This document shows positions 29,779 to 37,701 of a DNA stretch of 45,252 nt, one piece after another. The position numbers and the translations under genes are program-made. Under the pieces are notes generated by a model. It was not told the DNA's origin, did no database searches, and saw only the letters and a list, made by a program, of their open reading frames with translations. The number at the start of each line of letters is the position of its first letter. The first letter of the stretch is position 1. The stretch covers positions 1 through 45,252 of the forward strand of contig JAQCNN010000069.1 in NCBI GenBank assembly GCA_028275005.1, given 5' to 3'. Source of the stretch: Salinirussus sp. GTDB lineage: Archaea > Halobacteriota > Halobacteria > Halobacteriales > Haloarculaceae.

Positions 29779-30987
29779 ATGAGTACGCAGGTACACGCGA
29801 ACCTCACAGAGGAGCAGGTAACGGAGATAAGCGACCAGCTCGACGAACCCGAGTGGTTGCTGGAGACACGGCTCGAGGCGCTTGAGGCGCTCGAGGATCT
29901 GGACATGCCCGACGTCATCCGGACACCCGGCCGGGACTGGACCAACCTCGACGCACTCGAGTACGAACGCTTCGTCGACCCCCTGGAGTTCGCCCAGGAG
30001 AAGGACCGCGTCGACGTGGACGGTGTCGACGTGTTGGCCTGGGCGGACGCGCTCGAGGAGCACGGCGACCTCATCGAGGAACAGTTCGGCAACGTCGTCG
30101 ACCCGCAGCGGGACTACCTGACGGCGCTGTCGACGGCGCTGTTCTCGGCGGGGACAGTCGTCTACGTCCCCGAGGGCGTCGTCGCCGACGAGGTGACGAT
30201 CCGGACCCGGATGAACTCCCGGGCCCTGTTCAACTACACGCTGGTAGTCGCCGAGGACAACGCCTCGGTGACGATCCTCGAACGGCAGTCGACGGGCGAG
30301 GCGGCCGACGGCGAACGCTACTACAGCGGCGTCGTCGAGGCGACCGCCGGCGAGAACGCCAACGTCCAGTACGGCACGCTACAGGACCTCTCGGAGGAGA
30401 CCTACAACTACCAGGTAAAGCGGGGTCACGCCCACACCTACGGGACGGTCAACTGGATCGAGGGGAACCTCGGTTCCCGGCTGACCAAGTCCTCCGTGGA
30501 GACGCGACTGGTTGGGGCGTCCTCGGAGTCGAAGATCGTCGGCGCCTTCTTCGGACACGGCGACCAGCACTTCGATATCGCCAGCCGGATCTGGCACGAG
30601 AACGAGCACACCACCGCGGACCTCATCACTCGTGGCGTGCTCGACGACAGCGCCCGCTCGGTCTACGAGGGGGTGCAGGACGTCGGGCAGGAGGCCTGGG
30701 ACACCAACTCCTACCAGCGGGAGAACACCCTCATGCTGTCCGACGACAGTGAGGCCGACGCCTCCCCGAAGCTGATCATCAACAACCACGACACGGAGGC
30801 CAGTCACTCGGCGACCGTGGGCCAGGTCGACCAGGAGGACCTCTTCTACATGACCTCCCGGACGATCCCGGAGCAGACGGCGACGAACATGCTCGTCGAG
30901 GGCTTTTTCGTCCCCGTCCTCGAGGAGGTCGAGGTCGACGAGCTCAGCGAGGACCTAGAGCGTCGCGTCGCCGAGCGACTGCGGTAG
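29779..30987 (+). CDS. sufD: Fe-S cluster assembly protein SufD (SufB paralog)
   Basis: SufBD beta-helix, ASPKLII, ASHSATVGQVD, LFYMTSR, VEGFF. Confidence 0.93.
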   Translation: MSTQVHANLTEEQVTEISDQLDEPEWLLETRLEALEALEDLDMPDVIRTPGRDWTNLDALEYERFVDPLEFAQEKDRVDVDGVDVLAWADALEEHGDLIEEQFGNVVDPQRDYLTALSTALFSAGTVVYVPEGVVADEVTIRTRMNSRALFNYTLVVAEDNASVTILERQSTGEAADGERYYSGVVEATAGENANVQYGTLQDLSEETYNYQVKRGHAHTYGTVNWIEGNLGSRLTKSSVETRLVGASSESKIVGAFFGHGDQHFDIASRIWHENEHTTADLITRGVLDDSARSVYEGVQDVGQEAWDTNSYQRENTLMLSDDSEADASPKLIINNHDTEASHSATVGQVDQEDLFYMTSRTIPEQTATNMLVEGFFVPVLEEVEVDELSEDLERRVAERLR

Positions 30988-31120
30988 CGGCCCACCAGCA
31001 GCGTTCGGCCGCCTCGAACCGTTGCTGTTGGACACGCGGGGAACCGCTTAAGTCCGCGTATCCCGGAGCCGTAGGCATGCAACTGCTGAGACCCGTCACA
31101 CGCAGAAACAGGGGGTGGCA

Positions 31121-31597
31121 ATGAGCGTCCAGGCGGTGGACTCCGACCACCAGCTCGCCCGGTTGCTCCAGATTGGGCTCGTCCTGGAGGAGGTGGTCGA
31201 GGCCAGGGCGGCCAAACACGCCAACACGGGGGACCTGGACGACGAGGTGCGGGCGTTTCTTCGGGAGGCGGCCGCGGAGTCTGCGACCCACCGTGACCGG
31301 CTCGGCGAACTGGTCGCCGAACTGGAGGCCGACACCGTCGCCTTCGACGAGGTCAACCAACTCGTCGAGGCCCGCTACGAGTCCGACGAGGACTTCGACG
31401 GCGTCCTCTACGACCAGCTCTGTAACGAGGAGACCGCCTACAAGTTCTACGAGGACCTGATCGAGGCGGTCAGTCACTCGGAGGCGACCTTCACTATCGA
31501 GCGTGACCGCCTGCTCTCGGAGCTGCGGGCTATCCAGCGCGAGGAGGAGGCGGGCGTCGAGGAAGTGACCCGGCTCATGGAGGACCGGTCGGCATGA
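31121..31597 (+). CDS. ferritin-like / rubrerythrin-family di-iron protein
   Basis: E..E, ESATHR (ExxH), EETAYKFY and EEEAG helix-bundle ligand pattern. Confidence 0.8.
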   Translation: MSVQAVDSDHQLARLLQIGLVLEEVVEARAAKHANTGDLDDEVRAFLREAAAESATHRDRLGELVAELEADTVAFDEVNQLVEARYESDEDFDGVLYDQLCNEETAYKFYEDLIEAVSHSEATFTIERDRLLSELRAIQREEEAGVEEVTRLMEDRSA

Positions 31598-32046
31598 ACA
31601 GCGCCGACCAGTATCTAAAGGCCATCTACCTGGTGCAGGAGATGGAGGACGGGCCAGCCTCGACCGGCGCGGTCGCGGATATGCTGGACGTGAGCCCGGC
31701 GAGTGCCAACGAGATGATCGGCAAACTCGAAACCCAGGGGCTCTGTGCCCACGAGAAGTACAAAGGTGTCGACCTGACCGAGGAGGGGATCAGGCGGGCC
31801 CGGGACGCGCTCCAGAACTACTGCATCATCGAGCGGTTCCTGCTCGAGGTGCTTGAGGTGGAGGACTTTCGGGGCGAGGCACGCCAGCTCGAGCCGGTGA
31901 TCGACGAGACCGTCGCCGAGCGCCTCGACACGATCATCGACCGCCAGCCACAGTGTCCGGACTGTTTCGACGCCGACGCCGACGTCTGTAGCCTCCTCGC
32001 TCACACCGAGGGTGTCGATGTCGAGGAGGCCGACGCGGCCGACTGA
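31594..32046 (+). CDS. troR: DtxR-family metal-dependent regulator with Cys-rich C-terminus (TroR-like)
   Basis: DQYLKAIY, VSPASANEMIGKL, YKGVDLT; C-terminal CPDC-x7-C. Position after sufCBD and the ferritin-like gene fits haloarchaeal troR as recalled. Confidence 0.82.
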   Translation: MNSADQYLKAIYLVQEMEDGPASTGAVADMLDVSPASANEMIGKLETQGLCAHEKYKGVDLTEEGIRRARDALQNYCIIERFLLEVLEVEDFRGEARQLEPVIDETVAERLDTIIDRQPQCPDCFDADADVCSLLAHTEGVDVEEADAAD

Positions 32047-32153
32047 CGACCGCCCCCGGAAGAGCTGTAACCGCCGCTTCGGTCGGCGAGACCGTCGCCC
32101 CCGTCTCGTCTTCGTGCCAGGGGTTTTTATTTCGGGTTCGCCTACATCAGGGT

Positions 32154-32840
32154 ATGCTGAGCCCCGAGATGGAGGACTACCTGAAGGTCATCTACGACCT
32201 CCAGCGCGGCGGGGCCGACCCGGTCTCGACCTCCGAGATCGCCGACACGCTGGCGGTTACGCCGCCGACCGCGACCAGTATGATGGAGAAACTCGCCGAC
32301 CGGGAGCTGGTCGAGCGCGAGAAGTACAAAGGGGTGACGCTCACGACCGAGGGCGAGACGGTCGCGCTCGAGGTCGTCCGGCACCACCGTCTCATCGAGA
32401 CCTACCTCGCCGAGCGGCTGGGCTACAGCTGGGCGGAGGTCCACGACGAGGCCGACCGGCTCGAACACCACATCAGCGAGGAGTTCGAGCGACGGGTGGC
32501 CGACGTCCTCGACGACCCCGATGTCGACCCCCACGGCGACCCGATCCCCAACGACGCCCTGGACCCGATGGACGACACCGAGGGGGCGACCCTCGCCGAC
32601 TTCGAGGAGGACGACCGTGTCGTCGTCAGGCGGGTCCGGGACCGCGACCCGGACGGCCTGGCGTATCTGCAGGGTGCGGGTATCACGCCCGGCACGGTCC
32701 TGACCGTCGCCGAGGTCGCCCCGATCGGGATGGTGACTGTCAGCCTCCCCGACGGCGAGACCACCGCGCTACCACAGCGTGTCGCCGAAGCGATCCGGGT
32801 CGAGGCCGCCGGGGCCACCGAGGACGCCGCCGCACCGTAG
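32154..32840 (+). CDS. sirR: DtxR/MntR-family regulator with FeoA domain (SirR-like)
   Basis: MEDYLKVIY, RHHRLIE, EADRLEHHIS, DPHGDPIP and a C-terminal FeoA/SH3-like domain. Gene symbol tentative. Confidence 0.8.
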   Translation: MLSPEMEDYLKVIYDLQRGGADPVSTSEIADTLAVTPPTATSMMEKLADRELVEREKYKGVTLTTEGETVALEVVRHHRLIETYLAERLGYSWAEVHDEADRLEHHISEEFERRVADVLDDPDVDPHGDPIPNDALDPMDDTEGATLADFEEDDRVVVRRVRDRDPDGLAYLQGAGITPGTVLTVAEVAPIGMVTVSLPDGETTALPQRVAEAIRVEAAGATEDAAAP

Positions 32841-32897
32841 TCGTGGCCGCCTGTCCCCCGCCGGAACCCGTTTTTACCCGCCGCTCGTGGGGCCGGT

Positions 32898-33482
32898 ATG
32901 CGGGGTCTTGATGACACCGACCGCGAGATCCTCCGGCTACTGCTCGCGGACGCGCGCCGGCCGTACAGCGAGATCGCCGAGACGGTGGACCTGTCGGCGC
33001 CGGCGGTCTCCGACCGGGTCGACCGGCTCCGCGAGACCGGGCTGGTCCGGCGGTTCACCCTCGATATCGACCGGGAACTGCTGGAGGGTGGCTCCCGTGT
33101 GCTCCTCACGGTCGAGGCGACCCCCGGCCGAGGACCGGCGCTCCAGCGGGCGCTGGTGGCTGTGGACGCGGTAGAGCGTGTCCTCCGGACGGCCGACGAC
33201 CGGCTGGTCTGTGTCGCCACCGTAACCGACAGCGATAGCGCCCCGACCGAGTGGGTCGACCCTGCCGACGTGCGCGACTATGACATACGCCCGCTGGCCG
33301 ATGAGTCGTGGGCGCCGCGGCTTGGCGGGTCGGAACTCGCGCCGGCCTGTGAGGAGTGTGGCAACACCGTCACCCGTGAGGGGGAGTCTGTCACCCTCGA
33401 CGGTGAGTTACACCACTTCTGCTGTGAGAACTGTCAGGCGTCCTTCGTCGACCGGTACGAGCGGCTGCAGGACGGGGCGTGA
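32898..33482 (+). CDS. Lrp/AsnC-family regulator with C-terminal TRASH domain (copper-responsive, CopR-like)
   Basis: LDDTDREILRLL..DARRPYSEIA HTH; CEECG...HFCCENC TRASH motif; directly upstream of copA. Confidence 0.9.
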   Translation: MRGLDDTDREILRLLLADARRPYSEIAETVDLSAPAVSDRVDRLRETGLVRRFTLDIDRELLEGGSRVLLTVEATPGRGPALQRALVAVDAVERVLRTADDRLVCVATVTDSDSAPTEWVDPADVRDYDIRPLADESWAPRLGGSELAPACEECGNTVTREGESVTLDGELHHFCCENCQASFVDRYERLQDGA

Positions 33483-33589
33483 CTCGACCCACATTTTCCG
33501 ACCCGCTTTGGAAACAAAGCCGAGCGACGACTTTCACACCGGATTCTGAACGACAAACCGCATGAACGAGGGGCCCCTACTGTACAGTG

Positions 33590-36202
33590 ATGAGCACGAG
33601 AACCGCCCGCCTGGAGCTCCAGGGCATGAGCTGTGCCAACTGTGCGTCGACCATCGAGGAGACGGTCGGGGCGCTCGATGGCGTCGAGGCGGTGACGGCA
33701 AACTACGCCACCGACGAGGCCACCGTCGAGTACGACCCCGAGGCGGTCTCACTCGCCGCGGTCTACGAGGGTGTCGACGAGGCGGGCTACGGGGCGGCCG
33801 CCGAGACCGTTCCCGTCGGTGTCACCGATATGTCGTGTGCGAACTGTGCGGAGACCATCGACGACCGCCTGCGCGAGACGCCGGGTGTCGTCGAGGCCGG
33901 CGTCAACTTCGCGACCGACGAGGCCCGCGTGAGATACAACCCCGCCGACGCCACCCTCACCGACATCTACGCCGCTATCGAGGACGCCGGCTACGCCCCG
34001 GTTCGCGAGGGTGAGCGCGACGACGACGACGACACGGACGAGCCGAGCGGGGACGACCGCCGGCAGGCGGCCCGCGAGGCCGAAACCAGCCGCCAGCGCC
34101 GGCTCACACTCTTTGGCGCCGCCCTCTCGACGCCGCTGCTGGCGATGCTCGCGGCCCACCTGCTCGCGCCGGGGTTCCTGCCCGAGGCGGTTTTCGGGGT
34201 CGACACCGGCTGGGTCGCCTTCCTGCTCGCGACACCCGTCCAGGTCGTGCTCGGCCGGGAGTTCTACGAGAACGCCTGGACTGCACTCGTTCGCAATCGC
34301 ACGGCGAACATGGACGTCCTGATCGCACTCGGCTCCTCGACGGCCTACGTCTACAGTGTCGCTCGGCTGCTCGGACTCCCCGGCGAGGGGCTGTACTTCG
34401 ACACCGCGGCCCTCATCCTCACGTTCATTACACTGGGGAACTATCTGGAGGCCCGCTCGAAGGGTCAGGCCGCCGACGCGGTCCGGGAGCTACTGCAACT
34501 GGAGGCCGACACCGCCACCCGGGTCCAGGAGGATGGGGCCGAGGAGGAGGTTCCCCTCTCGGACGTGACGGTCGGGGACCGGCTGAAGGTCCGCCCCGGC
34601 GAGAAGATACCCACCGACAGTGTGGTCGTCGAGGGCTCCTCGGCGGTCGACGAGTCGATGGTCACCGGCGAGTCCGTCCCCGTGGAGAAGGAGACGGGCG
34701 AGGAGGTGATCGGGTCGACGGTCAACGAGAACGGTGTCCTCGTCGTGGAGGCGACGAAGGTCGGTGCGGAGACCGCGATCCAGCAGATCGTCGCCCGGGT
34801 GCGGGAGGCCCAGTCCCGCCAGCCGGAGATCCAGTCCGTCGCCGACCGGATCTCCGCGTACTTCGTCCCCGCGGTGATCCTCAACGCGGCGCTCTGGGGG
34901 GCCGCCTGGTTTCTGTTCCCCGAGACGCTCGCCGGCCTCGTCGGCGCGCTCCCGCTGTGGGGGCTGGCAGCCGGTGGGCCCACCGCCGTCGGTGTCTTCG
35001 AGTTCGCGGTCGTCGTCTTCGCCAGCGCCGTGTTGATCGCCTGTCCCTGCGCGCTGGGGCTGGCGACGCCCGCGGCGACGATGGTCGGGACGGCCATCGG
35101 GGCGCGCAACGGCGTGCTCTTCCGGGGCGGTGACATCCTGGAGCGGGTCCGGGACGTCGACACTGTCGTCTTCGACAAGACCGGGACGCTCACCGAGGGG
35201 GAGATGGAGCTGACCGACGTCGTCGCCGTCCCCGGTGCTGCCGCCGACGGTGGCCGGGAGGCCCGTGACGAGGCGGCCCCCGACGGTGGGCGTCTACGGC
35301 GCGAGATAACCGAGGACACCGTCCTCGAACTGGCCGCGAGCGCGGAGTTGAACAGCGAGCACCCGCTGGCCGAGGCGGTCGTCGAGGGCGCCCGCGAGCG
35401 CGGGGTCGAGCCCGAACCACCGGCGGAGTTCGAGAGCGTCCCCGGGCACGGCGTCCGGGCAACGACGAGCAGCGGCGAGATACTCGTCGGCAACCGGAAG
35501 CTCCTGGCCGACGAGGGGGTCGACACCGCGCCCGCCGAGGAGGCGATGGACCGGCTCGAGCGGGAGGGCAAGACGGCGATGCTCGTCGCGCTCGACGGAC
35601 AGGTCGTGGGCGTGGTCGCGGACGCCGATACGGTCAAGGAGGGTGCCGCCGACGCCGTCGAGAGTCTCCAGGAGCGGGGCCGGGAGGTCTGGATGATCAC
35701 CGGCGACAACGAGCGCACCGCCCGGGCGGTCGCCGAGGAGGTCGGGGTCGACGCCGGGAAGGTGAAGGCAGGGGTGTTGCCCGACGAGAAAGCCGACGCG
35801 GTCGAGCGGATCGAGGCCGACGGTGGCGGGGCGATGATGGTCGGCGACGGTGTCAACGACGCGCCGGCGCTTGCGGCCGCCTTCGTCGGCGCGGCGCTCG
35901 GTAGTGGCACCGACGTTGCCATCGAGGCCGCCGATGTCACCCTGATGCGTGACGACCCCGCGGACGTGCTGAAGGCGATCCGCGTCTCCGAGGGGACGCT
36001 CTCGAAGATCAAGCAGAACCTCTTCTGGGCGCTTGGCTACAACACGGCGATGATCCCGCTTGCCTCGCTGGGGCTGCTCCAGCCGGTGCTCGCGGCGGTG
36101 GCGATGGCCGCCTCCAGTGTCTCTGTGCTGGCGAACAGCCTCTCGTTCAGGCGGTACACGCCCGACCACGATTACCGGCTGTTCGGGCTGTTCGACCGGT
36201 AA
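33590..36202 (+). CDS. copA: Cu(+)-translocating P1B-type ATPase
   Basis: Two MSCANC metal-binding domains, TGES, CPC, DKTGTLT, SEHP, GDGVNDAP, YN in TM7 and MAASS in TM8 (P1B-1 signature). Confidence 0.96.
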   Translation: MSTRTARLELQGMSCANCASTIEETVGALDGVEAVTANYATDEATVEYDPEAVSLAAVYEGVDEAGYGAAAETVPVGVTDMSCANCAETIDDRLRETPGVVEAGVNFATDEARVRYNPADATLTDIYAAIEDAGYAPVREGERDDDDDTDEPSGDDRRQAAREAETSRQRRLTLFGAALSTPLLAMLAAHLLAPGFLPEAVFGVDTGWVAFLLATPVQVVLGREFYENAWTALVRNRTANMDVLIALGSSTAYVYSVARLLGLPGEGLYFDTAALILTFITLGNYLEARSKGQAADAVRELLQLEADTATRVQEDGAEEEVPLSDVTVGDRLKVRPGEKIPTDSVVVEGSSAVDESMVTGESVPVEKETGEEVIGSTVNENGVLVVEATKVGAETAIQQIVARVREAQSRQPEIQSVADRISAYFVPAVILNAALWGAAWFLFPETLAGLVGALPLWGLAAGGPTAVGVFEFAVVVFASAVLIACPCALGLATPAATMVGTAIGARNGVLFRGGDILERVRDVDTVVFDKTGTLTEGEMELTDVVAVPGAAADGGREARDEAAPDGGRLRREITEDTVLELAASAELNSEHPLAEAVVEGARERGVEPEPPAEFESVPGHGVRATTSSGEILVGNRKLLADEGVDTAPAEEAMDRLEREGKTAMLVALDGQVVGVVADADTVKEGAADAVESLQERGREVWMITGDNERTARAVAEEVGVDAGKVKAGVLPDEKADAVERIEADGGGAMMVGDGVNDAPALAAAFVGAALGSGTDVAIEAADVTLMRDDPADVLKAIRVSEGTLSKIKQNLFWALGYNTAMIPLASLGLLQPVLAAVAMAASSVSVLANSLSFRRYTPDHDYRLFGLFDR

Positions 36203-36307
36203 TCGGGAGGGTGTGTGGTAGACGGGGTGCGCACAGCGTGTGAGCACGCCCCGACGTGGTACACGCCCGACCACGATGACCGGCTGTTCGGGCTGTTTGG
36301 CCGATAG
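36153..36307 (+). repeat. 50-bp direct repeat duplicating the copA 3' end (period 105 bp)
   Basis: 36153-36202 versus 36258-36307 match at 45/50 positions; both end in an in-frame stop (TAA/TAG). Confidence 0.9.
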
Positions 36308-36319
36308 CTGGTGACGCGT

Positions 36320-37606
36320 TCAGTCCGCGACGCCGCAGTACTCGGTGATGACCCGGGCGTACGTCCGTGAGGTCTCGACGAGTGACGCGACCGAGGTGTG
36401 TTCGTCGGCGCCGTGGATGTTGTGTGGTGTGGGGCCGATCGAGACCGAAGGGACGTCGTAGTAGCGCTTGTAGAATCGCTCGTCCATGCCGCCGTTCCCG
36501 CCGGTGAACGCACCTGTCTTGCCTGTGACACCCTCGGCAGTCTCCATCGCGAGTTGGGCGATCGTCGAGTCGCTGTCCGTCCAGTGGGGGGCTGCCTGCC
36601 AGCCGACCCACTCCACGGCCGGCTCCGCGTCGACCTCCCAGTCCTCGTGGTTGGCGGCCTCGGCGACAGCAGCCTCGATCTGTGCCCGGACCGCCTCGCG
36701 GCTCTCCCCGGGTGGCCACCCGACGCGGCCGTACATCGTCGCGCGGCTGGGCAGCGTCGAGGGCCAGTCGCCGGCCTCGATCCGGCCGATATTGATGTTG
36801 GTCACGTTCCCCTCCAGCCCCGGGTTGGCACGGTACGCGGGCTCGAAGTCGATGCGGTCCTTTCGGTCGCGGTCGAGGTCCTCGAGGGCCTGGTAGACGA
36901 GTGTGGCGTTCCCGATGGCGTTGTCGCCTTCGTGACCCCACGCCGCGTGGGCGCTCACGCCCGGCACCGTCACCTCGAAGTACATGACGCCGGCGCTGGC
37001 GACAGTGATGTTGGGGATATCGGAGGGCTCGGCGATCGCCGCCGCGTCCGGGAGGTAGCCACGCTCGATGGTCGCGAGTGCGCCGCCGGTCCCGCTCGCC
37101 TCCTCCTCGATGGTGCTCTGGACGATCAGGTCCCCCGCGAGGTCGACCTCCGACTCTAGAACCGTCTTGACCGTGTAGAGTACGGCCGCCAGCCCGCCTT
37201 TCATGTCCGCGACGCCGCGGCCGTACAGCGTATCCCCCTCCCGTGTCAGCTCCCAGGGGTCCCGTGTCCACTCGTCCGCGGTCACGTCGACGACGTCGAT
37301 GTGGCCGCCGACGGTCAGGGTCGGCCCGTCACCGCTGCCCGGGACCCGGACGGCGACGTTGGGGCGACCCTCGAAGCCGACCTCGGCGGTGACCGACGTC
37401 GGGGCGTACCCCTCGTGGTCCGCCAACGCCGACTCCTCGGGCACCCAGACGTCGGGCTCGAGCCCCATCGACTCGAGATACTCGATGACGACCTCCTGGC
37501 CGGGCTTCTCGTTGCCGGTGACGGTCGGCGTCTCGACCAGGCGCTCGACCAGCCCGAGCAGGTCGTCGGTGTTCGACCCGATCTCGGCGGTGAGACTCGT
37601 TGTCAT
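36320..37606 (-). CDS. ArgE/DapE-family deacylase (M20)
   Basis: GHIDVV, GRGVADMKGG, EEEASG, AEPS, NIGRIEAGDWPS, IHGADE. Confidence 0.92.
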   Translation of the reverse strand: MTTSLTAEIGSNTDDLLGLVERLVETPTVTGNEKPGQEVVIEYLESMGLEPDVWVPEESALADHEGYAPTSVTAEVGFEGRPNVAVRVPGSGDGPTLTVGGHIDVVDVTADEWTRDPWELTREGDTLYGRGVADMKGGLAAVLYTVKTVLESEVDLAGDLIVQSTIEEEASGTGGALATIERGYLPDAAAIAEPSDIPNITVASAGVMYFEVTVPGVSAHAAWGHEGDNAIGNATLVYQALEDLDRDRKDRIDFEPAYRANPGLEGNVTNINIGRIEAGDWPSTLPSRATMYGRVGWPPGESREAVRAQIEAAVAEAANHEDWEVDAEPAVEWVGWQAAPHWTDSDSTIAQLAMETAEGVTGKTGAFTGGNGGMDERFYKRYYDVPSVSIGPTPHNIHGADEHTSVASLVETSRTYARVITEYCGVAD

Positions 37607-37701
37607 ATGCGCCCCGAAGGAGGGCGCGGTACTAAGAGTTGGCTGTCAGCCAGAAGCTAGTGGTAAATATTTAAGTTGCTGGTTGAGAGGTAAGGCATAG
37701 C

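Noticed and set aside
24517-36012. Long antisense ORFs (e.g. 24517-26118, 28341-30092, 34465-36012; also 5800-7110 and 21179-22591)
   Set aside because: They are shadow frames of well-supported genes in high-GC DNA and have no recognisable motifs.
36153-36307. copA 3' repeat as a diversity-generating retroelement VR/TR pair
   Set aside because: Mismatches are not adenine-specific in either copy, and no reverse transcriptase is present in the window.
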